NCBI RefSeq assembly: GCF_052425735.1
Contig: NC_135767.1
Coordinates: 7,998,001 to 8,062,000 of the forward strand
Direction of reading: 5' to 3'
Length of the DNA stretch: 64,000 bases
Source of the DNA: Oculina patagonica
Lineage: Eukaryota
Below are positions 10,803 to 21,921 of the stretch, one piece after another (within the stretch, counting starts at the first letter, position 1; the number at the start of each line of letters is the position of its first letter). The translations under genes and the position numbers were made by a program. The notes under the pieces were generated by a model, which worked only from the letters and a program-made list of their open reading frames with translations, did not search any database and had not been told where the DNA came from.

Positions 10803-11502
10803 CAGGATTCATGCTCTTTTGGCATTCTGAAATTCCATGTCTCTCCATGACCTTTTCCATGACACTTCGATGGTTTCCATGACCTAAATTTGACCATTTT
10901 CATTGGACATTTTTGAAAAATTATCTTGATTCCAGGTTTGTTTTAACCTTTCATTCACAAAAATAGCTTGCCTAATTTATTTTGTACAATCACTTATCAG
11001 AACCAATTTCCATGAACTCATGACCCACACTAAAATTCCATGACTTTCCAGGCCTGTAAAATGAAATTCTAAAATTCTATAGCTTCTCCAGGCTTGGAAA
11101 ATGAAATTCTAAAATTCCATGACTTTCCGCCTCCCGTACCTTTTACTCCCGCTTCCCGTACCTTTTACTCCCGCCTCCCACCCCTTTCCGTAGCTGTTCT
11201 CTCCTGTTTGTTCCATGTCTATTGCGAAATATAATGAAATGTTACGAAATTTCACTCGTTTTCTCCCGGTTCCCACCACTTTAGGAATCCCGCTTCCCGC
11301 CCTCTCTCCTCCCGCTTCCCGCCCCTTTTCTCCCGTGCTCCCGCCCCCTTGTCCCCCTCCACTGGAAAATGAAATTCTAAAATTTCATGACTTTCCAGGC
11401 TTGGAAAGTGAAATTCTAAAATTCCATGACTTTCCAGGCTTGGAAAATGAAATTCTAAAATTCCATGACTTTACAGGTTTTCCATGGCCTGTACACACCC
11501 TG
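10803..11502. repeat. Probable non-autonomous DNA element containing 39-bp tandem repeats
   Basis: Unit TGACTTTCCAGGCTTGGAAAATGAAATTCTAAAATTCCA repeated at about 11030-11128 and 11363-11471. CAGG...CCTG ends; no clear TSD. Confidence 0.5.
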
Positions 11503-12276
11503 CTATGGGGGGCTGGGGTTTCATATGCGTACATACAAAGTGGGAGCCATATGCACTTCACCACAGCTGCCAATACAACAGCCAAAATTTCACATGTAAC
11601 CAGTCAGCATCAATTATACTAAGTCACTTTCCCCTTTAATTCTTACTCTTAATCATAACAACATTTGTTATCCATGTTTTACATGTATTCTGTGCACTTC
11701 TCAGTTGTGAAAGGCCTGAAGAGGTTTCATTTGCTCATTAATCAAAATCAAACGAAATGCCACAGTTTAAACTCAAAGTTTAGTAAGTGTAAAATCCTAC
11801 AGTAAGTGTCTATAAAACCTACAGAAAAATATAAACGACTAAACCGACAAAAATCAGATTTTGAATTAATTCAGACTTACCTCATTTTGGGAGAACGCTG
11901 ATCATTTAAGTAGCGCAAAGCTTTTAAATCAGCTTTATAAATATCAGAGACGAAGCAGCGGTTTTTTCCTATTATTACGCAACTCCGTATTAAAGTAGCT
12001 AGTTGAACAAACATGGTTCTCATCTTCCCGGCGATTTGACCGTTGATATTTGTTATTGTTTAAACGGCTTGCCAGAATCTCTCAACTGTTACAGAATCTG
12101 AAAGAGAAAGGTCATCCCGCGGTAGAACGAATGATAACCAGGGCGAGTTCAGTTGTTTAGCTCGACCAACTTCTGGAGTATGGCCGCCATCTTGGTTTTT
12201 GCGCGACACCGTACGGACGCGCCCGCGAGCCATGCCGCTAGCCATGTAAACAATGAAAACTCATTTCGATAGCTTA

Positions 12277-12445
12277 CAGCAAGGCGCCCAAAAGTGTGAC
12301 CACTTTTAATTTATTCACATTCTTCCGTGCAGATTTAATCCAATCAGAAGTCAACTGGAACCTGTCCTTGGCTTCTGATTGGATGGTGGTTGCACGAAAG
12401 AATGTGAATTAATTAAAGGTGGTCACACTTTTGGGCGCCTTGCTG
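12277..12445. mobile_element. Tc1/mariner-type MITE
   Basis: TIRs CAGCAAGGCGCCCAAAAGTGTGACCAC and its reverse complement, with TA on both sides. Confidence 0.8.
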
Positions 12446-12490
12446 TAAAATATAAAAATGTTTAAAACAGATCTAAAAATACAAAACGAT

Positions 12491-12533
12491 ACTCTAAATT
12501 TTCGATCGCCTTCTGCGGTCTTCTTCAGAGAAT
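12491..12533 (-). ncRNA. Minimal type I hammerhead ribozyme motif in the Penelope pseudo-LTR
   Basis: Reverse complement reads ATTCT-CTGAAGA-A-GACCGC-AGAAG-GCGATC-GAAA-AT-TT-AGAGT: stem I, CUGANGA core, stem II, GAAA, palindromic minimal stem III. Confidence 0.7.
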
Positions 12534-12580
12534 GATGGATTTTTGCAAGGTTCGCAGAATTCTAATAAGCTACATCGACG

Positions 12581-13036
12581 TTATTGTTCGTTGTCCCCCT
12601 GGGGAGCAACTAGCGATGCGTAAACCCTTGGGAAGGGCGCTCTTTCGTTAATAGTGTTTTTGCCGAGGAAGGAATGCAAGGATTCCAGAAACAGTCTTTT
12701 GCTCTTGCTGCTTACACCTGTTTCAAGAATTTCGGCGTAACTTGGATGTATGTCGTGGCCGATTTCTGCATGATGTTTAATCGCGGAGTTGATATTTCCG
12801 TTTGTTCCGGGCTTGTGTTCGGCTCCCCGCGATTTCCAGTTTCTTTTGCTTTCCCCAACGTATGCAAATGGACATGTCCTGCAAGTCACTTTGTACACGA
12901 TTCCTTTCAATTGATCTTTATTCGGTCGGTCCTTGGGCTTTTTGAAGATATTTCCTAACGTTCGTACTGGTTTAAACGCTGTCTTGATGTTTTCGCGGCT
13001 CAAAATCCGTCGAACGCGCTCCGACACTCCTTTCAC
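12581..13036 (-). CDS. Penelope-like element RT C-terminus and GIY-YIG endonuclease (fragment)
   Basis: GIY-YIG motif with the CxxC spacer and downstream H and E residues typical of Penelope endonucleases. No true start codon. Confidence 0.8.
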   Translation of the reverse strand: MKGVSERVRRILSRENIKTAFKPVRTLGNIFKKPKDRPNKDQLKGIVYKVTCRTCPFAYVGESKRNWKSRGAEHKPGTNGNINSAIKHHAEIGHDIHPSYAEILETGVSSKSKRLFLESLHSFLGKNTINERAPFPRVYASLVAPQGDNEQ

Positions 13037-13220
13037 ATATGGAATGGACGGGTATGCCTTCGGATTCTCCTGGGTTCTTGGTTGCGTGTTTGTTTTGTTT
13101 GATTCGCCAGCTGACTTGATAAAGCTCTCGGGATAACCGTTACACGCTTTTAAGTCATTAATAACGCGTTGTTTCTCGTTTTGTCTTTGCGCAGTTGTTG
13201 ATGGAATGCACTTAGCTCGG

Positions 13221-13509
13221 CACAGGGAGCAGAGGAACCAAATTCGACCTTTGTAAATATTAAAATGTTCGATCTATTTCGCAGCGCTTCTCCCGCCCTG
13301 GTTGCTGGTTATCTGATCATTTTGTTTACGCGACGGTTAAACCAGCGGGAATCCTGTTGCGCTTGGTGTAGCCGCAGGCTCAATAGACTATTGAACGAGC
13401 TTAACCGTCGCGTAAACAAAAAGATCGGATAACGTATGACAAGCGCTACGAAATAGATCGAACATTTTAATATTTACAATGGTCGAATTTGGCTCCTCTG
13501 CTCTCTGTG
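13221..13509. mobile_element. P-element-type MITE inserted in the Penelope ORF
   Basis: TIRs begin CACAGGGAGCAGAGG (CANRG motif). 7-bp TSD AGCTCGG at 13214-13220 and 13510-13516. Removing it restores the minus-strand frame LMDRAKCIP. Confidence 0.8.
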
Positions 13510-13660
13510 AGCTCGGTCCATTAAAGCAAAACAAAAACACTATAAACGAAAGAGCGCCCTTCCCAATGGTTTACGCATCGCTAGTTGCTCCCCAGGGGGA
13601 CAATGAACAATAACGTCGATGTAGCTTATTAGAATTCTGCGAACCTTGCAAAAATCCATC

Positions 13661-13703
13661 ATTCTCTGAAGAAGACCGCAGAAGGCGATCGAAAATTTAG
13701 AGT
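13661..13703 (+). ncRNA. Minimal type I hammerhead ribozyme motif in the inverted pseudo-LTR copy
   Basis: ATTCTCTGAAGAAGACCGCAGAAGGCGATCGAAAATTTAGAGT, identical to the reverse complement of 12491-12533. Confidence 0.7.
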
Positions 13704-14112
13704 ATCGTTTTATATTTTTAGATCTGTTTTAAACATTTTTTTAAGCTATGACTTCAGATCGCTCCAGCAGTTTCATTTCGATAGTGTTACTTCTTCTTTC
13801 TGCTTTCTTTCATGGTTATGGTGCTCTCCTCTGCGGCCCTTCGGGCCGCTGTAGAGCTCCGCTATTAAATAGATTTAGCCAAGCCTAAAAGCGGAGCTCC
13901 CGATTTACAGCTGACCAATAACAGAAAAAAATATAGCACTTGAGCCTGCGATCCAATGTTAACCATTATTTGGTCAGCGGAAAAACATTCGACCTCGATG
14001 AGTTCTATATGAGAGCCCGCGATATGGTCATGTGATACTGGTCAGCGGATACCTTGTTTTGACAGCTGTCAATTGATCATGACATGTAAGCTGGCGTTAA
14101 CCATAACCTTAA

Positions 14113-14418
14113 AGGCCCGGTAATACGGGCAACATTTTTGTTCAACTTGTCTCGCAACATTGTTGCATTGCAAGTTGACCGAGCGCTCAACTTGTCTCGC
14201 AACAAATTTCGGTGTTGCAAGTTGCAGCAACATGTTGCACAAAGTAGAACCGAGTTCTACTTTTTGCAACAACTTTTTCAACCTGCAACACCAAAATTTG
14301 TTGCGAGACAAGTTGAATTGAGCGCGCGGTAGTAATACGGGCAACAACTCGGTCAACTTGCGATGGAACAATGTTGCGAGACAAGTTGAACAAAAATGTT
14401 GCCCGTATTACCGGGCCT
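14113..14418. mobile_element. PIF/Harbinger-type MITE
   Basis: Long TIRs AGGCCCGGTAATACGGGCAACATTTTTGTTCAACTTGTCTCGCAACATTGTT. 3-bp TSD TAA at 14110-14112 and 14419-14421. Confidence 0.8.
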
Positions 14419-14421
14419 TAA

Positions 14422-15242
14422 GGTGGCTGAATACAGTTTTTACGTGGCTCAAAAGCGCGCGCTACGATTTTCTGCCGACGTCAATATTGCTCACGCGGGC
14501 TAAAATGGCGCTAGCAACTCTAAATAAAACGAAAAAGAGTTCCAGCTCTTTTACCGTGCTTGACCAAATTTGTATACAAGAGAAAACTTCAAAACACTTT
14601 CAGATAGGATTTTAAACCCGGGAGGGGAAATAATACGACAAAAAGATAGATAAATCACCGACAGAGAAGTTCTAATTCTGTCTTTCATAATCGCTCGCGA
14701 CGCATGGCGTCATATTAGCGCGCGCTCGCACGCGCAATTCGATTCTCTTCGGAGGTCGTAAAAGCCAAATTTTGATCCAGATTTTCTCGAAAATCTACCG
14801 TACAACCTATTATGAAACTTTCACAATTAATTTTAAGGGGTAATCACGTCTACAGCAAAATTTTTAAAAAATGTGTAAGACAGATTTTGAGCTATTTTTA
14901 AAATCGGCAAAATATCACATATTTCTTTTTTGCAAAAAAATCTGGCTATTATTTTGAATGAATGTTTAATCAGAGCCAATGTCTAATTTCTGAAATTTTG
15001 AGGTAGGGTCATACGGGTAGATTTTGAGAAAAACGCCGTTTTAACTACTAGTGCCAGTCCCCTCTTAAGAACTCGGCCGTTCATTTTAGCTGTTTATTAG
15101 AATTTTAATTTTCCAAATGTCGCATATGATGGTTTTAGGATGTAACAAACAGTAAAAAGAGAAAGATAAAACTTTTCTGGAGATTCTCAAAGAGGGATGA
15201 AAGTTGGACTGAATTTCCCTCTCAAAACTGTACTAGGCCACC
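14422..15242. mobile_element. TTAA-targeting non-autonomous DNA transposon (Kolobok-like)
   Basis: Imperfect TIRs GGTGGCTGAATACAGTTTT and AAAACTGTACTAGGCCACC, flanked by TTAA on both sides. Confidence 0.65.
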
Positions 15243-16579
15243 TTAAACCGATTTCTGGAGTATGGCCGCCATGAGGCAACTTCGTCGTCGTCGTCGTCGC
15301 ACGCGCCCGCGAGCCATGCCGCTAGCCATGATGACCATGGAAAACCAAAAGCATGGGTCTGTTAATTTTCTATGGGTATGGGGCTCTGCTCTGCGGCCCT
15401 TCGGGCCGCTGGGAGCTCCGCTATAAAAACAATCGTGGCTTCTATGTGCTACTAGTCCTTTGTCTCCCTGCTCTCGCACTCTGGCTTTATATCATTTGCA
15501 ATGACAAACATTTGCAGTGGATATTTGCAGTTTGGACATGTTTTGTCGCTGTCCAGATTCGTCATCTTCATCGCAATCATCTTTGGTGGAAATGAACCAA
15601 TCGAGGACAAACTCGACAAAGAAAAGTTCTTCGGCCCAAACATTTTAAAGATGACACTTTGCCTTGCTCCGCTTATTCTGTTGCTTCTGCTTAGCACAGG
15701 AACCGATTCAATGATCTACAAGGAACTGATCTGGAAGTTGTCTCTGCGAATGGCACTAGATCTTTTTGATGGAGTGGAAATGTTGGAAGTTATCATCGAA
15801 GAAAATGAAGTTAGCCATGAAGTTCCAAAGAGCTTTGAAAAAGCCATACTTGCCTTTGTTTGTATCAGCTTCTTGCTGTCGCCGTTGCAGCTGATAGAGA
15901 TCAAGCTGAGACGTTTCAGCGGCGATTGGAAAATTCGCACATGCCCAGCCGCATTGCGAGCAACCATCCAAGTCATCTGCGTCAACTGTGTGTTTCTGGG
16001 GCTTCACCTGGATCTGTTTCTGAAGTATGGGAAAGATGCATCCATTTTTATTGCTAAAAATGGCATTATAATTTTTCTTGGCCTTTTCGAGATATGTTCG
16101 ATCTGTGAATGTTGTGGCTGTGATGAATATTAATGTAATGACTTTGCAGCCATGAGATGATAATTTTGTTTCGAAATCTGTAGGGAGCGTTTGTGTGTCA
16201 GAAAACGTACGTATAACCATAGCCATCTTTATGTGTTACAAGTTATGAATTCTTGTAGGAAAAAAGTATTGAGCCGTCTTTTGTAAAGACTTAATGTTCA
16301 GTCCACGGTTTCAGTAGCCCTTTCTATGGCGAGGAAATGTTTTGAATGTAGATTTGTATAACTTAGTCGACGTCCCCAATTATTTTGTAACAACCATGCA
16401 TGTCCATGAATAGAGAACTGTGCCAGAATAAATCCACAACCAGAAATGTATGGCAATTATGAAGGAAAGACTTGTGTCCAAAGGGACAACAAATCAGAAG
16501 TACACAAATTAAGACACCTGGATTGATCCTGTGCAAATGTTCTTCAATAGTCTTGCCGGTTGGACCGGTTTATTTGTAA

Positions 16580-18100
16580 TTGCCCCCGCAGGGTTTTGGC
16601 CCAGAGGCCAAAACCCGAGGAGGCATCATTATGGTCCGCGCGTATATAGAGTATATATGGTATTACCAGACAAAATCTCGACTTGGCCAAAGTGCGACCG
16701 CAAGTAGTATCGGTAGGTGTGATAAAATTGCCTGTACGGTGATTGGTCAGTGATGACGCAAGTAAACGATGATTGGATGATGATGACAACCCAAAGCGTG
16801 AGCACGTGCACAGGTGACAACAAGTAAACAAACGAAGCTTGTAAAGGTTGATTGCAGTTGGGCAGAATTTTGAAAAAGATAATTTGAGGTTTTATTCGAG
16901 GCCTTTTCATTTCACAATGTCTAAAAGCCGAAAGCAATGCAATTGTTGAAAAGACTTCGCGATAATTAACTAAGTAACTCGCAGAGAAGTAAGAAAATCC
17001 ACATTTTTTTTACATCTGAGTGGCCGAAGAAGAAATATGTCTAGGAACACGTACGAACATATCAAGCCATATCTTCAAATTTGTCTGCGATTTATGATAA
17101 GCAAGCCTTAGTCCAAAACCGCGATTTACCAAGCGCAAACTACTTGAACGGAGAAAAGCCTTGATCAGTCTATCTCCGGACGAGATTTACAAGAAATTTA
17201 AAAAAGATCTCGAGATAATTGTTTAAGACTCGCGGCAAGCGAAACCGGAAACAAGAAGCGAGCGACTTTTAGAAAGTCAAGCGTTTTCATTGTCAAAGGT
17301 GAGAAATTCTTTCGGTATCCTTTCCTTTTAAAAAGTTGATCGTTGTCATGAAGCGTGATTTACGATAAGAAAGCCTTTGTCCAACTGACCGTGATTTACC
17401 AGGCACAAACTACTTGAATGGAGAAAACTTCAAAAGTCTTGATCGGTCCACTTCCGGACGAAATTTTAATTTTACAAGATGATATGCGGCATCAAGAAAA
17501 GAAATTCAAAAGAGATCTCGAGATGCATTGTGATTATTTAAAACTCGCGGCAGGCGTTTGCTTTGACAGAGGTAAGAAATTCTTTCGACATCCTTTTCTT
17601 TCTAAAGATTGATCATTCTCATGTCATTCTTCATGCTCGGGCTCTCAGCCCATATATTTATAAAACAATTGGGCCGGCTCAAATGGTAATTTTAAAACGT
17701 TGTGCTGTTTCTAAAGTTTATCCTCGCTGAGATCAAGACTTTACCACAGTGAAGTGAGTTTGATTCGAGCCCGCAAAGCGGCCCATTCAAAGCGACGAAG
17801 TCGCGAAAACGAGCCACGCAAGTCGCGATAGGTCGACCGTCCCGGCGTGTTAAATTAATAAAGACGACGGACTTTTTCTAAAGTCTAGCTTGAGTCTAGC
17901 TGAGATCCCCCACCACATCAAAACATGACAAAATGATGTCAAGATGCTGTTGCGTTCTTGTAATTAAATGATTTACCGTATCATAATTAATAATCATCCA
18001 AAATAGAAAATTAATTTCCAATCAAATGTCTGAATTGAAGAAAAGGATGAACAGAAAAGAAAAACCGATAAACATCGTCGAAACTTCGGGGGCAACCTAG
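16580..18100 (+). mobile_element. Non-autonomous Helitron2-like element, family 2
   Basis: Absent from the paralogous site near 5218. 5' TTGCCCCCG then hairpin GGGTTTTGGCC-CAGA-GGCCAAAACCC; 3' CGGGGGCAA then CCTAG. Internal diverged duplication at about 17088-17342 and 17356-17613. Confidence 0.65.
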
Positions 18101-19917
18101 TGTCAGCTATTTCTAGTGTTAGTGTTTGTTAAAATAACCAAGTTCCCTGTTTCAGATTGTAGCCGCTCTTTCACTCTTTTATAAACTTAATAAAAAATAA
18201 ATGCTGTAGCTAAATGGCAGGGAGTGGCCACAAACTAAATGCATCAGAAATCCGCGGGCAGACTGCTGTTTTGACAGTGCAAGTGAAATTCCTGAAGGAA
18301 GAAGAATTACTTTTATACTTACAATGTAATTAACTGGCCCTCTTTTGTGTTCATTACCCTTTTTTCATAGGTTGTTTATGTGCCAATTAAATCCCTATGC
18401 TGATCAAAGGTCTCAAATAAAGCATAAAATCCAAGTTTCGAGTATTAAATTCTGTTCTAACATTACTACTGTGCAGCAAACTGTCAAGAAATAGTAATGC
18501 GCTTCTATCTGATCAAGTTTGCACAAAAACACCCTCTCATTCTTATGACACCAATTTCATCATTTCAGTTTCACATTTCATTTACGTCTACACTTTACTT
18601 TTCAATTTGAGTTCTAACTGCAGTCTTTATATATTCGTCAATCTACCAAACGGATAGTTAAAATGTTGTTGTTCAATATTATTTTTATTATTGTTAAAGT
18701 TTTGTACATGATCGTTAAAATACTATTAGAGAAGGGAAATGGTCACAACTATTGTTCTCAGACAGGACCCACCACTCTGCAAAATGACAGGTGGTCTCTT
18801 CAAGGAACCTCCCCCCCCCCCCCCCGCCCCTTCCCCAACTTAAAAGATGGTGTCTTGTTTGTATAGCCCCCACTCTATCAGGAGTAGAAACTGAGAAAAA
18901 GATTCAAACCTTCTTGTGCCATTTCTCTAGCAAGGCAAGCTTCATGCACACCTACTATGAAAGTCTCAACTTGAATTTTAAGCCAAATAAATTTTGTCTA
19001 TTTGGCTTATCAGACAGGTAGTGACTTGCATGGCCCCGCTACCCCTACACAAGTTGGGTCCAAGTCGAGTACACTTGTTATAACCACTTTACGAGACTGT
19101 CAATACTTGTCCAAGCTATGGTAATGGAGCTTGTATGGCGAATACATAATTTTACAATGTTCTCTCTCAGGTGGCACCTCTTATCGCTAGCATTTTTCTA
19201 TAAGTTCCGACATCCGACGACTGAGGTCCGTCAACTTGGATTTTTATAGTGTTAGGAAAGGCCCAAAAAAATCTTAAAAATTGAAAATAACGTAGCTAAA
19301 AATAGAAATTATTAAAAAAGTATACCACGAGAAAGTGTTGCATAACTATTATGAATAAACCGTTACAAAAGATGTAAAGCCTTTAAAAACAGATGAATAA
19401 CAAAGTCCTTTGTGTTACCAAATAGCATTATAGCAACATTTTAATAATCAGCTCTCAGCTTCGGTGACAATAAACGAGTAGTGTTCTTTAACTTCGATAA
19501 TTTTCGGCTTATTTTTTGTGGAGTGAATAATACAAGGGAATAAGTTTAAAGCAAGTTAATAAGCGATTGATGGTTACTTTGTCCATCAACTTTGCTAACA
19601 CTGCAGTAAAACCAACTGCGTGCAGTGTACAAAACCGACGAAACTTTTGTTGAGTCGTTAAATAAAAAAAAAACTAGTATTGAAGCTTTCAAGTCATTTC
19701 AAAGGAAAAATAAATACTATTAAAACATCTAGGCCTTTAAATTTTCAGATGTATCATTGAGCCGTTTCAATTTTCGATCACTCGGTTTTGTTCGAAAATT
19801 TTCGAAGTTAAAGCAAACAATAATAAAGTACCTTTCATTACAGTAGTTTCTCGAAGCTTTGAGCGCTGATATTTAGCAGCTTTGATTCAGCTTAACTTAA
19901 GGATACGTTGTGGATAT

Positions 19918-20062
19918 CTACTTCACTTGATAAGGCTTAAAACTCAAAGTTTTTATTTCCGTGACTTGCCCTTCAGAAGTGATGTGGTAGGTATTGCTGA
20001 CGTAAGCATCGTTGTCGTAACTTGTGACGTAAACCGACTTCTTTGAACTTTGTTTAATGGAC
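19918..20062 (-). CDS. Terminal exon: cytoplasmic tail with NxxY-like motif (YDNDAY)
   Basis: Acceptor cttctttttcctaag; phase 2 matches the donor at 21055; SIKQSSKKSVYVTSYDNDAY...QVK then TAG. Confidence 0.6.
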
Positions 20063-20328
20063 CTTAGGAAAAAGAAGTGTATTAAGATAAAAACATTAAT
20101 TTCAGAATTATAGTCTTCTTGATCAATGATAACAAAAATAACGTAATCACGCATAGAAGAGGTTGTAATGTTTGGAACTATAAATTCAACTCAGTTATGG
20201 TATGTGGAAACTGGTGTCAGAAGCAAACTTAGTTATAATAACTTTAGACTTTCTTGTACTCTTGGCCATGAATCACTGCCAATAGGAGAACATACCATGG
20301 TCTGACGTCACATATCAACCACTCTAGT

Positions 20329-20554
20329 CACAGGGAGCAGAGGAGTCAAATTCGACCTTTAATTGATCTAATTCGTAGCGCTTGTCATACGCTATACGAT
20401 CTTTTTGTTTGCGGCTACGCCAAGCGCAACAGGATTCCCGCTGGTTTAACCGTTGCGTAAACAAAAAAGATCGGATAACGTATGACAAGCGCAACGAAAT
20501 AGATCGAACATTTTAATATTTTCAAAGGTTGAATTTGGTCCTCTGCTCCCTGTG
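20329..20554. mobile_element. P-element-type MITE (same family as 13221-13509)
   Basis: CACAGGGAGCAGAGG...CCTCTGCTCCCTGTG with 7-bp TSD CTCTAGT (20322-20328, 20555-20561). Confidence 0.8.
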
Positions 20555-21054
20555 CTCTAGTATGCGCGCGGCGAATATGTATTGGAAGTTGCGGCAACAT
20601 GTTGCACGAACTAGGTGTACATTAATTCTGCGACATGTTGCCGAAATGTTGCGCAACACGCGTGGTAATACGCTCAACAACACTTTTCAACTGACAATGC
20701 TACATTGTTGCGTGACAAATTGAAATGAAATGTTGCGCGTATTACTCGGCCTTAACTAGGCATTACTTACTTTAAAAAGGTGCGCGCGCAAGGGTTAAAA
20801 TCCCTTACTCTCAGAATGAAGAATGTTTCGCGAGTGAACAACGCGATGTTTAGTTAGCAGTTAACATGTATTTGCTCTCTAAGTTTTGATCCATTCACTG
20901 AATTGTGCGTCTTTTGTGATTTTCAGAGGGATTTTTGCCTTTAAGACACCGAATCGAAAATCTCTCTATGATAAGTTATCTGGTAATTTGTCACAGAAGA
21001 ATGTATTGGATTTAACTAATTAATTGAAGTTCGTACGATTTCAGTGTCTCTTAC

Positions 21055-21429
21055 CCGTTACTTCTAGATCTCTTGCAAGCCAACACAAGGGCAATGATAA
21101 TCACCAACAATAGAACACCACCCACACAAGCTCCTATGATTATAGCAGTCGTTGGTTTTGATTCCTCGTCACTTTTTTTTGTGGGATCCGTAGTGGAGAC
21201 TAAAGGTTGAACACTTACGATGGTACCATTAATCATCGATTCTTCAATGCTCGATACATCACTCTCCAGGATGGCTTTCACGACTTCTTTGCGTACAATG
21301 TTATCAGATAGCCCTTGGGGGAATTGTAAGTAAAATGCCAACAACGCTACGAATGGATCAACAGTCAACTGCTTTGGATAACCCGGGAGAATGTGGACCT
21401 TATCCTTTGAAAATACCTTTTTGTCAGAA
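21055..21429 (-). CDS. Exon encoding juxtamembrane domain, TM helix and basic stop-transfer segment
   Basis: tttaacag acceptor and gtaag donor; VHILPGYPKQ...AIIIGACVGGVLLLVIIIALVLA-CKRSR. Confidence 0.75.
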
Positions 21430-21680
21430 CTGTTAAAGACACAGAAAGAAAAAAATAATAAAAATTAATAGTTTAGCACAAAATATTGACATTGAGATCA
21501 AAGATTCAATCAGATTTTTAACTCGTGCATCACCACTGAACCGAAAGAGAGATGATATATGTTTTGTAAAAGACTTAGTTAAGACGATCTTATCTCTTGG
21601 AGCTTGTTTCTTTTTATAGTTTAAAAGGAATAGTTTGCAGAACAAATAGACAAAAATTTGCGCGGGTAAAGGCAAATACG

Positions 21681-21921
21681 NNNNNNNNNNNNNNNNNNNN
21701 NNNNNNNNNNNNNNNNNNNNNNNNNNNNNNNNNNNNNNNNNNNNNNNNNNNNNNNNNNNNNNNNNNNNNNNNNNNNNNNNNNNNNNNNNNNNNNNNNNNN
21801 NNNNNNNNNNNNNNNNNNNNNNNNNNNNNNNNNNNNNNNNNNNNNNNNNNNNNNNNNNNNNNNNNNNNNNNNNNNNNNNNNNNNNNNNNNNNNNNNNNNN
21901 NNNNNNNNNNNNNNNNNNNNN
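21681..21921. other. Assembly gap
   Basis: Run of N. Confidence 1.

Larger units (their letters stand above)
12273..13772 (-). mobile_element. 5'-truncated Penelope-like retroelement with inverted pseudo-LTRs
   Basis: GIY-YIG endonuclease ORF at 12581-13036 (GIVYKVTC..C..AYVGES.R...R..EH) preceded by RT thumb sequence (IPYVKGVSERVRRIL). The segment about 12452-12662 recurs inverted at about 13532-13741. Flanked by the 12-bp direct repeat TCATTTCGATAG (12261-12272, 13773-13784). Confidence 0.88.
8591..13864 (-). mobile_element. Non-autonomous Helitron2/Helentron-like element, family 1, long copy with nested insertions
   Basis: Left end TAAATAGATTTAGCCAAGCCTAAAAGTGGAGCTC; right end GCGGCCC-TTC-GGGCCGC hairpin then GAGCTCCGCTA. 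Asymmetric subterminal inverted repeats, no TSD. The same ends recur at 13866-15423 and 31096-31532. Confidence 0.65.
13866..15423 (-). mobile_element. Helitron2/Helentron-like element, family 1, second copy abutting the first head-to-tail
   Basis: Starts TAAATAGATTTAGCCAAGCCTAAAAGCGGAGCTCC and ends GCGGCCCTTCGGGCCGCTGGGAGCTCCGCTA. Body similar to 31096-31532. Confidence 0.65.
8500..16133 (+). pseudogene. TMEM121-family pseudogene (duplicate of copy 3) split by a 6.8-kb insertion
   Basis: The 5' piece (about 8500-8585) lacks the ATG region and has an insertion. The 3' piece (15424-16133) resumes in the Y-K-N-N-R-G-F-Y region, has a frameshift near 15550, and ends CECCGCDEY like copy 3. Confidence 0.88.
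6231..18365 (+). repeat. Second copy of a tandem segmental duplication (first copy about 1377-5450), expanded by transposon insertions
   Basis: Colinear matches: promoter 6231-6647 to 1377-1864, gene 6648-7436 to 1865-2653, intergenic 7437-8500 to 2654-3965, 15424-16578 to about 4077-5218, and 18130-18365 to about 5233-5450. Confidence 0.9.

Noticed and set aside
11030-11471. 39-bp repeats (and the 178-bp repeats at 45554) as a CRISPR-like array
   Set aside because: No unique spacers, eukaryotic context and no cas genes.
15501-16133. 210-aa ORF as an intact seventh gene
   Set aside because: Its start comes from a frameshifted region; the true 5' part lies 6.8 kb away and lacks its ATG.
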